This document shows, piece after piece, positions 19,728 through 29,605 of a stretch of 64,000 nucleotides of DNA (positions are counted from its first letter, which is position 1; each line of letters begins with the position of its first letter). The stretch lies in NCBI GenBank assembly GCA_963750395.1, contig CAVVQM010000009.1, forward strand, positions 69,349 through 133,348, read 5' to 3'. The notes beneath the pieces were generated by a model. The model made no database searches, had not been told where the DNA came from, and saw only the letters and a program-made list of their open reading frames with translations. Source of the DNA: an uncultured Actinomycetota bacterium. Its GTDB lineage: Bacteria > Actinomycetota > Actinomycetes > Actinomycetales > Kineosporiaceae. Both the position numbers and the translations under genes were made by a program.

Positions 19728-19798
19728 TTTTTGTGATGTCGCTGATCCGCGACACGAACCTGAGCCCGAAATGACGCGGATCCGCGACATCACAAAAA
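19728..19798. repeat. 24-bp imperfect inverted repeat (23/24 match) with a 23-nt spacer, locally AT-rich
   Basis: TTTTTGTGATGTCGCTGATCCGCG (19728-19751) pairs with CGCGGATCCGCGACATCACAAAAA (19775-19798). It lies between the citE stop and the XRE gene start. Confidence 0.9.
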
Positions 19799-19830
19799 CA
19801 AACTCGCCAGGCACGGCCCACACCGCAGCC

Positions 19831-20715
19831 TCAGTCGTCTCCTGCCTGCGCGGACCCGGCGAACCCGGCAGCCGCGGTTGATTGCGCGATTCGCAGAATC
19901 CGCTCGGCCTGGGCATAGATCGGCCCGTCGACCATGCGGCCCTCGAAGGCCATCACGCCACGGTCGTGGCCTGCCTGCGCCAGCAGCCTGCGCGCCCAGG
20001 CGATCTGCTCCGGGGGCGGGGTGAAGGCGGTCCGGATCACCGGGATCTGCTTGGGGTGGACGGCGACCTTGGCATCGAACCCGACGGCGACCGCGTCCTC
20101 GCACTCGGCACGCAATCCGTCCTCGTCGGCCAGATCCATGAACACGGCATCCAGGGCCGCCTTGCCGTGGGCCTTGGCGGCCACCAGGCTTCGCGACCTC
20201 GCGAACCGGGCGACGTCCCGGTAGGAACCGTCGGGCCGGCGGCTCGCGGTGCCACCGAGCCCGGCGACCAGGTCGTCGGCGCCCCACATCAGCGCGACGA
20301 CGGGGTCGGCCCGCGCGATCTCGCCGGCGTTCTCGACGCCCAGTGGGGTCTCCAACAGGGCGACGATCCGGGTGCCGGGCAGCGCCTCGAGGTCCGCGAC
20401 CCGTTCGGTCTTGGCGAGCATCACCATCCCGATCCCTGACTGCGCGATCAGGTGCGCGTCGCCGTCGTGGCCGGGCGCGGCAGCGCCGTTGGCGCGCAGA
20501 ACGGTGCGCTGGTGGTCGTAGACGCCGTCCGCGATCAAGGTCGCGACGGCGTGACGGGCCTGGTCCTTACGGTCGGGAGCCACGGCGTCCTCAAGATCCA
20601 GGACGACGATGTCGGCCCGGGCCAGCGCCTTCCGGTAGCGGTCGGGGCGGTCGGCCGGGCAGAAGAGCCAGGCCGGCCCCGGACTCCAGTCGGTCTCGGC
20701 CGACGTCGTCCTCAT
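19831..20715 (-). CDS. citE: HpcH/HpaI aldolase / citrate lyase beta-subunit-like protein (CitE family)
   Basis: The ORF is 294 aa. LFCPADRPDRYRKAL..ADIVVLDLEDAV, MLAKTE and FDAKVAVHPKQI are typical of CitE-like acyl-CoA lyases. Confidence 0.85.
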   Translation of the reverse strand: MRTTSAETDWSPGPAWLFCPADRPDRYRKALARADIVVLDLEDAVAPDRKDQARHAVATLIADGVYDHQRTVLRANGAAAPGHDGDAHLIAQSGIGMVMLAKTERVADLEALPGTRIVALLETPLGVENAGEIARADPVVALMWGADDLVAGLGGTASRRPDGSYRDVARFARSRSLVAAKAHGKAALDAVFMDLADEDGLRAECEDAVAVGFDAKVAVHPKQIPVIRTAFTPPPEQIAWARRLLAQAGHDRGVMAFEGRMVDGPIYAQAERILRIAQSTAAAGFAGSAQAGDD

Positions 20716-21200
20716 GCGGGGCCCATTCGGACCAGGGTCGTGCGGGTGGCGGTCGCGACGACCTCGCCCCGCTGGTTCCGGGCTGTGTGCGCGAAGACGA
20801 CGACCCCCTCCCCCGGCCGACTCGACGAGGGGCGCTTGTCCACGACCAGGGTCTCGGCGTAGAGGGTGTCGCCGTGGCGCACGGGCGCCGGGAAGTCGAT
20901 CTCGCTGAAGCCCAGGTTGGCCACGATGGTGCCCTGGGTCAGCTGCGCCACCGACAGCCCGACGAGGGTGGACAGGGTGAACATCGAGTTGACCAGCCGG
21001 TCATGGAACGGGGGCATCTGCTCGCTGGACGCCTGGTCGAGGTGCAGGGGCTGGGTGTTCATCGTCAGCGTCGTGAAGAGCACGTTGTCGGCCTCGGTCA
21101 CCGTGCGGCCGGGCCGGTGTTCGTAGACGGTGCCGACCTCCATCTCCTCGAACCACAGCCCGCGCTGGAGGACGCGCCTGGGCGTCGTGGGCTCGCTCAC
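20712..21200 (-). CDS. MaoC-family (R)-specific enoyl-CoA hydratase/dehydratase
   Basis: The ORF is 162 aa. The hot-dog fold pattern is present: GRTVTEADNVLFTTLTMNTQPLHLD and LGFSEIDFPAPVRHGDTLY. It overlaps the citE start by 4 nt. Confidence 0.85.
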   Translation of the reverse strand: MSEPTTPRRVLQRGLWFEEMEVGTVYEHRPGRTVTEADNVLFTTLTMNTQPLHLDQASSEQMPPFHDRLVNSMFTLSTLVGLSVAQLTQGTIVANLGFSEIDFPAPVRHGDTLYAETLVVDKRPSSSRPGEGVVVFAHTARNQRGEVVATATRTTLVRMGPA

Positions 21201-21339
21201 CCTGACGCCTCAGTCCCCGGCCGGCGCCGGCGCGTGGCTGCTGCGGCGGATCGAGGCGAGCTTGCGGTCGAGTGCCTTCATGGCGTGCGCTCCGATGCGA
21301 CGGTCCGACGGTTGGCGTCGGATCCAGCCTAGGGCCACG

Positions 21340-22638
21340 TCATTCGCAGGTGAGCAGGCCGATCTGGGCCTTGCTGGTCAGCACCCGGACGACGGCCTGG
21401 TCGAGGCGGCGGGCGAACGCCGGGTCGCCGGCGGCGCGCACCAGGAGGGCCTTGCGCATCGCCGGGATCTGCGTGGGCTGCACGGTCAGGACGAGGTCGC
21501 CGCCGGAACCGATGAACCGGGAGGCGCGCCGGCCGACCGGCACCGCGGCCACGGCCCCGGCCGCGCCGAGATCGTCCGAGATCGCGACGCCGGTGAAGCC
21601 GAGGCGACCCCGCAGCAGGTCAGTGGTGATCCTGTGGGAGAAGGCCGCGATGTTGCGTGAGTCGAGCGCCGGATATGTGGCGGAGGAGATCATGACCATG
21701 CCGGTGGCCGCGTCGATCGCCGAGGTGAACGGCGCCAGGTTGGGGTCCGTGTCGGTCGTCAGGCGATCGACGGCGCCGGTCCCGGAGTCGGTATTGACCC
21801 GAACGCGGCCCAGGCCCGGGAAGTGCTTGACGGCGGTGGAGACGCCGGCGTCCTGGGTGGCCCTGACGACCGTGGCGACGTCGACGGCCACGCCCTTCGG
21901 TGTGCTGCCGTAGTCGCGGGCGTATCTGCCGATCGGTGGGTTCGCGGCCCGGTCGGCGACGGCGACGGTGTCGGCGACCGGAGCGAGGTTGACGGTGATC
22001 CCGGCCTTGCGGAGGGCGGTGGCCGAGGCCTTGGTCTGAGCCCTGAGGCTCGAGGTCGACCACCCGCCCTGGGCGCGTGCGGTCGGCAACCGAGGGAATC
22101 CCTTGCCGGAGAAGGTCTGCACGGCGCCGCCCTCCTGATCGGCGGCGATATGCAGGGGGACGCCGTAGGCCTTCTTCGCACTCGCCTGGAGCCGGTCGAT
22201 CTGGGAGCGGAGGGCACCGACACCGATCGTGCTGCGACCGTGCAGGAAGACTCCGCCCACCTGGTAGCCGGTGACCACCGACCCACCCCTCGTCGGCGCC
22301 CCCGCGGGTAAGCCGACCATCAGCACCTGGCCGGCGCGCTGGTTGCGGGTCATACCGGCGAAGGTCTTCGTCACGCAGGGGGCCTCGGCGGTCGGCTGGT
22401 ACCCCGATGCCAGGCCGACCGAGTTCAGCGTGCTCTGCATCGGCGGCGCGCTGGGGGTGGGGTCGGCGGACGGCGTGGGCGACGATGATGCCGTCTCCGT
22501 AGGGGCCGACGCCGAGCCGCCGGCGTCGGGGGCGCTGGTACCGCAGGCCGTCAGGGCGATGCAGGTACCGAGGAACACCCAGGGCCTGCGGGGCCGAGCT
22601 GGCCTGGCGTACCGGAACACGACAGCAGACTGGCACAC
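21340..22638 (-). CDS. glycoside hydrolase family 3 lipoprotein (beta-N-acetylhexosaminidase-like)
   Basis: It has a lipobox (FLGTCIALTACG). GH3 motifs are IAADQEGGAVQ, NLAPVADT and KHFPGLG. Confidence 0.8.
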   Translation of the reverse strand: MCQSAVVFRYARPARPRRPWVFLGTCIALTACGTSAPDAGGSASAPTETASSSPTPSADPTPSAPPMQSTLNSVGLASGYQPTAEAPCVTKTFAGMTRNQRAGQVLMVGLPAGAPTRGGSVVTGYQVGGVFLHGRSTIGVGALRSQIDRLQASAKKAYGVPLHIAADQEGGAVQTFSGKGFPRLPTARAQGGWSTSSLRAQTKASATALRKAGITVNLAPVADTVAVADRAANPPIGRYARDYGSTPKGVAVDVATVVRATQDAGVSTAVKHFPGLGRVRVNTDSGTGAVDRLTTDTDPNLAPFTSAIDAATGMVMISSATYPALDSRNIAAFSHRITTDLLRGRLGFTGVAISDDLGAAGAVAAVPVGRRASRFIGSGGDLVLTVQPTQIPAMRKALLVRAAGDPAFARRLDQAVVRVLTSKAQIGLLTCE

Positions 22639-22710
22639 CCGCGCCGGGCACTCGTCGTCCGTCCGTCATACTTGTCTGGGCTCGGCCGACCCGTTCAGCT
22701 GAGCCGCCGA

Positions 22711-22783
22711 GGGCCCCTAGCTCAACTGGCAGAGCAGTGGACTTTTAATCCATTGGTTCCGGGTTCGAGCCCCGGGGGGCCTA
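22711..22783 (+). tRNA. tRNA-Lys (anticodon UUU)
   Basis: It folds by hand as a cloverleaf. The acceptor stem GGGCCCC pairs with GGGGCCU. The anticodon stem-loop is GUGGA-CUUUUAA-UCCAU. The T arm is CCGGG-UUCGAGC-CCCGG. The discriminator is A, and CCA is not encoded. Confidence 0.95.
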
Positions 22784-22785
22784 CA
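22747..22785 (+). repeat. attL (3' part of tRNA-Lys)
   Basis: This is the left copy of the 39-bp perfect direct repeat. Confidence 0.85.
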
Positions 22786-23070
22786 AAGCTGCTGTTCAGA
22801 GGCGGTTTGGGCGTCGTGAGCGAGTCGTGTGATCGTGTTTACTCCCATGATTCTCTTCTTCTCGTGCCCGCGAACGGTGGACCGGTCGCCGCGCTCGAGA
22901 CTCCTCCGCGACCGCGCCGATGGTCGGTCAGGACGGGCTCGATCTGCCCCACGTCGGGGTACGCCTGCTCACCCGCGACGTTGCCGGGACCACGACAATG
23001 ACGGGACACCTCGCGGACACGCCGGATAGGACTGTACTCATTCGATGCTCGAGTGGATACAGTTCTATCC

Positions 23071-23658
23071 ATGCGGGATCCGGAGATGCTGCCGGCGACG
23101 TTCACCACCGGGCAGGCGCTGGCCGCGGGTGCGCATCCGCGGGACGTGTATCGGTGGCGTGATGCCGGGTTGACCCTCGAACTGTCCCGTGGGGTGTTCC
23201 GGCGGGCGGACGCGCCGCTGCCGTCCTACCCGGACCTGCTCGCGGTCTCCCGGCGGGCGCCGCAGGCGGCGGTGTGCCTGGTGTCTGCGGCGCAGGTCCA
23301 CGACCTGAGCGACGAGCTCCCGCGGGCGGTCCAGATCGCCGTGCCGCGGGGAACGCGCCCACCGCAGATCGCCTACCCGCCGGTGGAGGTGTTCCGGTTC
23401 GCGGCCGCGACGTTTGACCTGGGCATGGAGTGGGTCGAGGCCGCCGACGGCGAGACCGTGCGGATCGCCGGGCCCGCCCGGACCGTGGTCGATCTGATGC
23501 GGCTGCGGCGCAGCATCGGTGAACCGCTCGCGCTGATCGCCCTGCGCCGGTACCTGGCCCGTCCCGGCGGCAGACCCGCGGCGTTGATCGACCTCGCGCG
23601 CCCGCTCGACGTCCTGGGCCCGGTCCGGGCCGCCGTCGACGTCCTGGAGGCCTCATGA
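23071..23658 (+). CDS. AbiEi-family type IV antitoxin
   Basis: FTTGQALAAGAHPRDVYRWRDAGLTLELSRGVFRR is the AbiEi N-terminal winged-helix pattern. The gene overlaps the downstream DUF1814 gene by 4 nt. ATG 23053 is an alternative start. Confidence 0.8.
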   Translation: MRDPEMLPATFTTGQALAAGAHPRDVYRWRDAGLTLELSRGVFRRADAPLPSYPDLLAVSRRAPQAAVCLVSAAQVHDLSDELPRAVQIAVPRGTRPPQIAYPPVEVFRFAAATFDLGMEWVEAADGETVRIAGPARTVVDLMRLRRSIGEPLALIALRRYLARPGGRPAALIDLARPLDVLGPVRAAVDVLEAS

Positions 23659-24601
23659 CCCCGCCCAGCGAGCCGACCCGGCCGCTCCGATCGGCCAGAC
23701 CGACCCGGGCCGACGCCGGCGGTCGGGCGTACCTGGACCTGCAGAACCTGGCCCGCCGCCAGACCGCCCGACCCAGGAGCTCCTCGTCCTGTACGCACTC
23801 GAACGGTTCCTCGCCCGCCTGGCCGCCAGCGCGTACGCGAGCGCGTTCGTCCTCAAGGGCGGCATGCTGCTCGCCGCGTTCGACGCGCGCCGCGCGACCG
23901 TGGACGCCGACCTGCTCGCCATGGGCGCTCCGAACGACGCCGACGCCGTCCTCGCCCGCGTCCGCGACATCGCCGGCCACCAACTGGCCCAGGACGACGG
24001 TGTCCGGTTCCTGCCCGACACGGCCCGTGCCCGCATCATCCGTGCGGACAGCCTCTACTCCGGTGTCCGGGCCACCATGGCGGCCCACATCGCCAAGGCC
24101 ACCGTCACGCTCCAGCTCGACATCAACTTCGGCGACCCCGTCACACCCCCACCGCAGATCATCGACTACCCGACCCTGCGCGAGGAGCACCCACCGGTCC
24201 GGGTCCTCGGCTACCCGCTGGCCACCCTCATCGCCGAGAAGCTCACCACAGCAGTCGATCTCGGCGAGACGAGTACCCGCGTGCGGGACTACACCGACAT
24301 CTGGGTCCTCACCCGCCGCCACGACCTCGACGCCGACGAACTACGCACGGCGCTTGCCGCAACCGCCCTTCACCGCGGCGTCAGGCTCGGACCCCTCTCC
24401 GACGCCGTCGGCGACCTCGCATCACTGCGCCGCGACGTCTACACCGCCTACCGGAACCGCGTGAACGACGTGGCGACTCAACTACCCGAACACCTCGACC
24501 AGGTCCTCGCCGACGTGATCAGCTTCGCCGACCCCCTCCTCCGCGACGCCCCCCGCAAACCAGCCACCTGGTCGGCCGGCCAACGGCGTTGGCTGTCATA
24601 A
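23655..24601 (+). pseudogene. AbiEii/DUF1814 nucleotidyltransferase toxin with a frameshift near 23770
   Basis: After the shift the frame reads ELLVLYALERFLARLAASAYASAFVLKGGMLLAAFDARRATVDADLL, then INFGDPV and DYTDIWVL. This is the DUF1814 pattern. Confidence 0.8.
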
Positions 24602-24664
24602 CGCCACCGCCCCAGGTGGCCAGCCCGCCACCTTCTCCACGATGCCCTGCTGCCTGGACTCAGA

Positions 24665-25280
24665 TCAGCTGTGGGTCGGCGGCGGCAGCGGCCGGGTCAA
24701 CGCGGTCACGTACAGGTCGTCGCGGAACGCCGCCGGCAACGCCTCGTAGGCGGCCTGCGCCTGCTCCCACGTCGTCGCGTCGTCCGGGGCCGAGAACCGA
24801 GACTGCGCGTCCGGGTCGATCGGCCACCACGGCGTGTTCCGGCGATCCCCCCACTGCGAGCTGATCTGGCAGCGGATCAACGCGTCGCCGTCGACCGTCG
24901 CGTACATCGCGAACAGGCAGGACATGAACCCCTCATAGGCACCGAACAACTCCGCCGAGAACAAGGCCCGGTGGGCGTACATCTCCTCATCCACCTGACG
25001 TTTCAGAGCCAACGCCTCTTCGGCCGTGATGTCCTTCCACCGGCCCACGAACGTCGCGAAACACAGCAACCGGTTCACCGGGCCCGCCACCCGGTCGAAA
25101 CACGTCCAGCCGGTGCTCGACCACGGTCTGGTTGGCCTGCTGCACCGCCGCCACCCGCCGCGCCCCCCGCGCGATGAACACGCCGAGGACGGCCACCGCG
25201 ACCGGTGTCGCCGCGGCCACGACCAGCTTGGCGATCTCCAGGCTGGTCCACACCGACCCTGGGTCAGCTCCCGCCGCCAT
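24665..25280 (-). pseudogene. hypothetical single-pass membrane protein with a frameshift near 25095
   Basis: ATG 25280 is preceded by GGAGGGGAAG. One TM segment is present (IAKLVVAAATPVAVAVLGVFIA). After the shift the frame reads VNRLLCFATFVGRWKDITAEEALALKRQVDEEMYAHRALFSAELFGAYEGF. I recognise no family. Confidence 0.45.
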
Positions 25281-26808
25281 CGTCTTCCCCTCCGTCTGGA
25301 TCGGCCTCGCGTTCCTCGCGTTCGATGGTGGCCAGCGGGTCGGGGTCCAGACCGTCGGGGACGAGCCGGCGCCGCAAACCGGCCGCTTCGGCAGCCCACC
25401 GGCTGGGGTGGACGCCGTCGGCGCTGTCGAGGTCGGCGTGCAGGTCGACGGCGTCGAGTTCGGGCCAGGCCAACCCGTGGCGGCGGGCGATCCGCAGCGC
25501 GGCGTCGGCGTCGTCGCGGGCCTTGCCGGTCTGTCCGGCATGAGCGTGGACGCGGCCGCGGGCGACCAGGGCGGCGGCGTGGGGACCGGGCAGGTGGCGG
25601 GGCCCGGCCAGGGTGATCGCCTCGCCCGCCGCCACCAGGGCCGCGGCCGGGTCACCGTCGGCCAGGGCGGCCGCGGCGAGCACGGGCAGGGTCTCGGCCA
25701 GCTCGACCAAGTACTCCCCGGCCCGGAACACCTCGACCGCCGAGACGGCCGCCTCCCGGGCCCGAGCAGCATCCCCACCGTCAACAGTGTCGGCGGCGGC
25801 CGTGAGGTCGAGGCGGGCCAGGACCCGGTCACAACGGGCCACGTTCTCGTTCCAGCCCTGCTCGGCGGAGATCCGCCGGTTCGCCTCGGCCAACCTCCGG
25901 GCCGGGCCGACCCGGCCGGTGCGGGCCAGGAACTCCCCCCACCGCACGCCACGCCGCGAGTACAGGTGCCGGCCCCGGTCGGCGTGTTCGAGGCGGTCGG
26001 CGTCCCCGAAGGCGGTGTCGGCGGCCGGGGTGTCGCCGGCCAGGCCCGCCAGCCACCCCAGCCAGCCCAGCGAATACGTCTCCTGCCGGCGGTCGGTGAT
26101 CTGCCGGGCCAGGGTCAGGGCCTCGGCGGCGGCGGCCCGGGCCGGCTCCAGCCGCCCCGACCAGCCGTGGGCCTCGGCCAGGTTCTGCAGGCCGCTGGAC
26201 AGGCGCGTCTGGTCGCCGGCGGCCCGGTCGTGGTCGGCGCCGGCCTGCAGGTACTCCAGCGCGGTGTCCAGGTCCCCCGCATTCTGGGCGTACAGGCCGA
26301 CCTCGTTCAGGTACCAGGAGAACCTCGTGGGGGTGAGCCGGTCCGGGCACGCCGCCCGCCGCGCCGGGGTGGCCACGAACGCGGCCGCGGCCCGCTGCCC
26401 CAACCCCACCGCCGGCAACCACTGCCACAGGGCCCCGTTGCGGGTGCGGGAGGTGTAGAGGTCGTCGGCGGTCTGCCACTGGTCGGCGTCCAGCAGCAGC
26501 TCGATGGCCTCGACCACCCGCAGCCCCTCCTCCCGCGACGTGACCTGCCCCGGGATCCCGGTCAGCGACGCCTCCACCGCCGCCGGCGCCGCACCCAACG
26601 CCAGCGGCCGTAACACGGCCCGCACCAACGGATGAGCCGACACCCCACCACCCCCGCCCTCACCCTCACTGGTGTCGTGGAGGGTGGGGTGCCAGGACAA
26701 CAACCCTCCCAGCCGGCCGGTGGCGGCCTGCCGCACCGACGCCTCGGACAGGTCGTCGAGGTGACCGGTGAACACCTCATGCCCCGCGACCGCCCGCAAC
26801 CCCGCCAC
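25264..26808 (-). CDS. TPR-repeat protein, possibly the C-terminal remnant of a STAND/NB-ARC NTPase
   Basis: The ORF is 514 aa with repeated helical-hairpin units (GDLDTALEYLQAGADHDRAAGD, LQNLAEAHGWSGRLEPARAAAAEALTLARQ and others). The N-terminus ...AHPLVRAVL resembles the winged-helix end of NB-ARC proteins, but no P-loop is present. Confidence 0.6.
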   Translation of the reverse strand: MAGLRAVAGHEVFTGHLDDLSEASVRQAATGRLGGLLSWHPTLHDTSEGEGGGGGVSAHPLVRAVLRPLALGAAPAAVEASLTGIPGQVTSREEGLRVVEAIELLLDADQWQTADDLYTSRTRNGALWQWLPAVGLGQRAAAAFVATPARRAACPDRLTPTRFSWYLNEVGLYAQNAGDLDTALEYLQAGADHDRAAGDQTRLSSGLQNLAEAHGWSGRLEPARAAAAEALTLARQITDRRQETYSLGWLGWLAGLAGDTPAADTAFGDADRLEHADRGRHLYSRRGVRWGEFLARTGRVGPARRLAEANRRISAEQGWNENVARCDRVLARLDLTAAADTVDGGDAARAREAAVSAVEVFRAGEYLVELAETLPVLAAAALADGDPAAALVAAGEAITLAGPRHLPGPHAAALVARGRVHAHAGQTGKARDDADAALRIARRHGLAWPELDAVDLHADLDSADGVHPSRWAAEAAGLRRRLVPDGLDPDPLATIEREEREADPDGGEDDGGGS

Positions 26809-27714
26809 ATCGGCCGGCCTCGTCCATCACCGTGGCGACGGTCTTGCGGAACACATGACTGGTCACCCACGGATACCCGGCGAAGCCGAACGCGTCGCGC
26901 AGGTCGGCCTGGGTGTTCGAGGGGTCCCGCAGCCCACCCTTCGGGGAGGGGAACACCGGCCCCACCCCCGCCTCCCCCTCGCCTGCCCCATCCGTGGCGG
27001 CGAGGCTCTCGCGGCGGTGGGTGAGCATGTCCACGCACCAGGTCGGCAGGGCCAGGGTGCGGACGGTGAGCTTGCTGGATTCTTCGCGTTGCAGGATCAG
27101 GCCGTGGCCTTTGAGCCGGACCACGTTCCCCCGCACCTGCACGGTCCCGGTCCGGAGTCGAGGTCGAGGTCGTCCCAGTGGACGGCGGAGGCTTCGGAGA
27201 TCCGTAGCCCGGTGCCGAGCAGGAACGCGACGAGGTCGGGGATGTCGCGGCGGATCGCGACGTCGTCGTAGGTCAGCCAGGTCCGCAGATCCCGTACCTG
27301 CTCGACCGTCAACGCCCGGGGGGCACGTTTCGGCTTGGACGAGATCGGGCCGGTGTCCCGGACCGGGTTCCGATCAAGAAGGCCGCTCCGGGCGGCGTGG
27401 CCGCAGATCCCGGACAGGACCGAGCGGGTCATCTTCGCCACCGCGGCCCCGCTCTGCGCCTGGACCGCCTGCAGGAACCGGTCACACACCGCCACCGACA
27501 GCTCCCGGACCCGCAGTTCCCCGACTCCGGCGTGGATCTTCCCGTCGAGCAGGTATCGGTACTGCTCCCGCGTCCCCTCCGCCAGGGTCGTGGTGGTGGC
27601 GTACCAGGCCTCGGCGACCACGGCCACCTTGGAGTCCGCGGTCAGCTCCCCAGCGCCGACGTAGACCCGGTCCCGCAGCGCCTCGGCCAACACCCGGCGG
27701 GACTCGCCCCTAGT
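26777..27714 (-). pseudogene. int: tyrosine recombinase (integrase), central and C-terminal part; frameshift near 27130 and 3'-truncated
   Basis: GESRRVLAEALRDRVYV, LTVEQVRDLRTWL, LLGTGLRISEASAVHWDDLDL and HVFRKTVATVMDEAG (the HxxR box) are present. The ORF ends ~15 codons later and no catalytic-Tyr segment is found. Confidence 0.8.
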
Positions 27715-29605
27715 CGCGTCGTCGCGCGTCGACCTGGATGGTGGAACGGTTTGACTAAGGGCTGTGTGGATGCAGGGTTTGCGACTCGAACGCAGCCCGG
27801 CATGGAAGGCCTTTGTGGTGAAGAAGATAGCGCAGGATCAGAGCCGGCGGAACGCGGCACGACGCCGGCGGCGGATCGAGGCCCGGCACCGGCTGGCTGG
27901 GCGGTGGAGCCCGCGGCCGGTCCCGATGCTGACCGCGGGACCGGTGCCTACGAGGTCGGCGCCACCGTGGAGGCGACCAGTTTCGGGGGAATCGCCGCCC
28001 TGCACCGGCTGGTCACCAAGCTCGGCCTGCCCGCGGCGATGGACGCCGACCTGGAGCTGTTGAAGGTGCACCTGCCGTACAACGAGTCCGATCACGTGCT
28101 GAACCTGGCCTACAACGTGGCTGCGGCGGGACCCGGTTGGAGGACATCGAACGGCTGCGGCACGACACCGCGTACATGAACGCCCTGGGCGCGGACCTGA
28201 TCCCGGACCCGACCACCGCGGGGGACTTCTGCCGCCGCTTCGACCCCGAGGACGTCCTCACGCTGATGGAGGCGATCAACTCGGTCCGCCCGCGCCTGTG
28301 GGCCGGGCGGGGCCGGGACCTGCTCGGGCCGGTCGCCTACCTCGATGTCGATGGCACCCTGGCGGCGACCACCGGCGCCAAGAAGGCCGGGATGGACATC
28401 TCCTACAAGGGGATCTGGGGCTACCACCCGCTGATCCTGTCGCTGGCCAACAGCCGGGAGGTGCTGTTCCTGGTCAACCGGCCCGGGAACGTGCCAGCCA
28501 CGCCGGGCCGCCGAGTGGATCGAGAAGGCGATCAACCTGGTGTCCCCGATGCGCCCCGGGTGTGCCTGCGCGGGGACACCGACTTCTCCCTCACCGCCCA
28601 CTTCGACGACTGGGCCGAGCGGGTCGACTTCGTCTTCGGGATGGACAACACCAGCCCGCTGCGCGCCCGCGCCGAGGCCCTCGACGAAGCGGCCTGGCGG
28701 CGCCTGGAACGGCCCGACCCCTACCAGAACCGACCGGGCAGGTCCGGGCCCGCCGCGAGAACGTCAGGGCCGCCATCGTGACCGAAGGCGGCTACACCGA
28801 CCTGCGGCTGAACTACGAGGACGTCGCCGAGTTCACTTACCGCCCCGGCAAGTGCACCCGCGCCGACCGGGTGATCGCGCTGCGCAAGAACATCACCCGG
28901 GCCAAGGGCGAACACGCCCTGCTCGAGGAGATCCGCTACTTCTTCTACATCACCACCCTGGTCGAGCCGACCGCCGAGCAGATCGTCGCCGAGGCCAACG
29001 AACGCTGCGACAAGGAGAACGTGATCGAACAGCTGAAGAACGGCGTCAACGCCCTACGGGTCCCGCTGTACGACCTGGTCTCCAACTGGGCGTACATGGT
29101 GATCGCCGCCCTGGCCTGGAACATCAAGTCCTGGTTCGCGATGATGATGCACCGCAAGAGCGAGCGGCACGCCTACATCCGGATGGAGTTCCGCCGCTTC
29201 CTCAACACCGTCATCCTGATCCCCGCGATGATCATCCGCAGGTCGCGGACCATCACCATCCGCCTGATCGGCCACACCCCGGCCATCGACCGGCTGCTCA
29301 GCGTCTGGAACCTCACCGAACGCACCCGCTTCGGCTGACCAACGCGCCACCACCAGAACCGAACACGTCCCCACGAGCGCGGCTATCCCGGCCGCGGCGC
29401 TCACCCGTGCCCAGACACCAGCACATCGTCCCGGGCAACCCCGCTGCCTGTGCGCAGCCAGCCCGGATGCCGGCTCACACCGCCACACCCAGCCCGTCCA
29501 CCAGCCCCGCGGCCCACGCCGAGGCCCTACCGACCACGCGACGCCCCATACCCCATGATCCAATCGATCACAACGCCAGACCGCCCCCCACACGCTTGTT
29601 TGAGG
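27715..29605 (+). mobile_element. IS1380-family insertion sequence inserted in the integrase gene
   Basis: A 1.89-kb segment separates integrase codons ...KGSTR from GESRR.... CCTAGT is present at both junctions (27709-27714 and 29606-29611). The segment encodes a DDE transposase. I could not define terminal inverted repeats confidently. Confidence 0.7.
27770..29338 (+). pseudogene. IS1380-family DDE transposase, several frameshifts
   Basis: Collinear fragments read FGGIAALHRLVTKLGLPAAMDADLELLKVHLPYNESDHVLNLAYN, EDIERLRHDTAYMNALGADLIPDPTTAGDFCRRFD, YLDVDGTLAATTGAKKAGMDISYKGIWGYHPL, VCLRGDTDFSLT and YFFYITTL..CDKENVIEQLKNGVNALRVPLYDLVSNWAYMVIAALAWNIKSW. Confidence 0.8.

Noticed and set aside
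19728-19798. The inverted repeat as a rho-independent terminator for citE.
   Set aside because: On both strands the T-run precedes the stem and an A-run follows it. The 23-nt loop is also larger than in typical terminators. It is kept as an unexplained palindrome instead.
25132-26613. Long ORFs antisense to, or out of frame with, recognised genes. Examples are 25132-26613(+), 8268-9257(+), 54118-56469(+), 44814-46562(-), 11283-12632(-), 39689-41236(-) and 47761-48828(+).
   Set aside because: Their translations are Arg/Pro/Gly/Ala-rich low-complexity strings typical of stop-poor shadow frames in very GC-rich DNA. Each lies opposite to, or overlaps, a gene with clear family motifs.
27770-29338. 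Programmed ribosomal frameshifting as the explanation for the split transposase. The same idea was considered for dnaX.
   Set aside because: The transposase needs several frame changes in both directions, and none is at a slippery heptamer I could see. IS1380 transposases are normally single ORFs. dnaX is one continuous ORF with no A-AAA-AAG-type site.
27715-29605. Terminal inverted repeats of the IS.
   Set aside because: I found only a weak similarity, GCTGTGTGG near 27761 against the reverse complement of CCACACGC near 29588. It lies inside the junctions defined by the integrase reading frame. That is too weak to call, so the boundaries rest on the restored integrase sequence and the duplicated CCTAGT.
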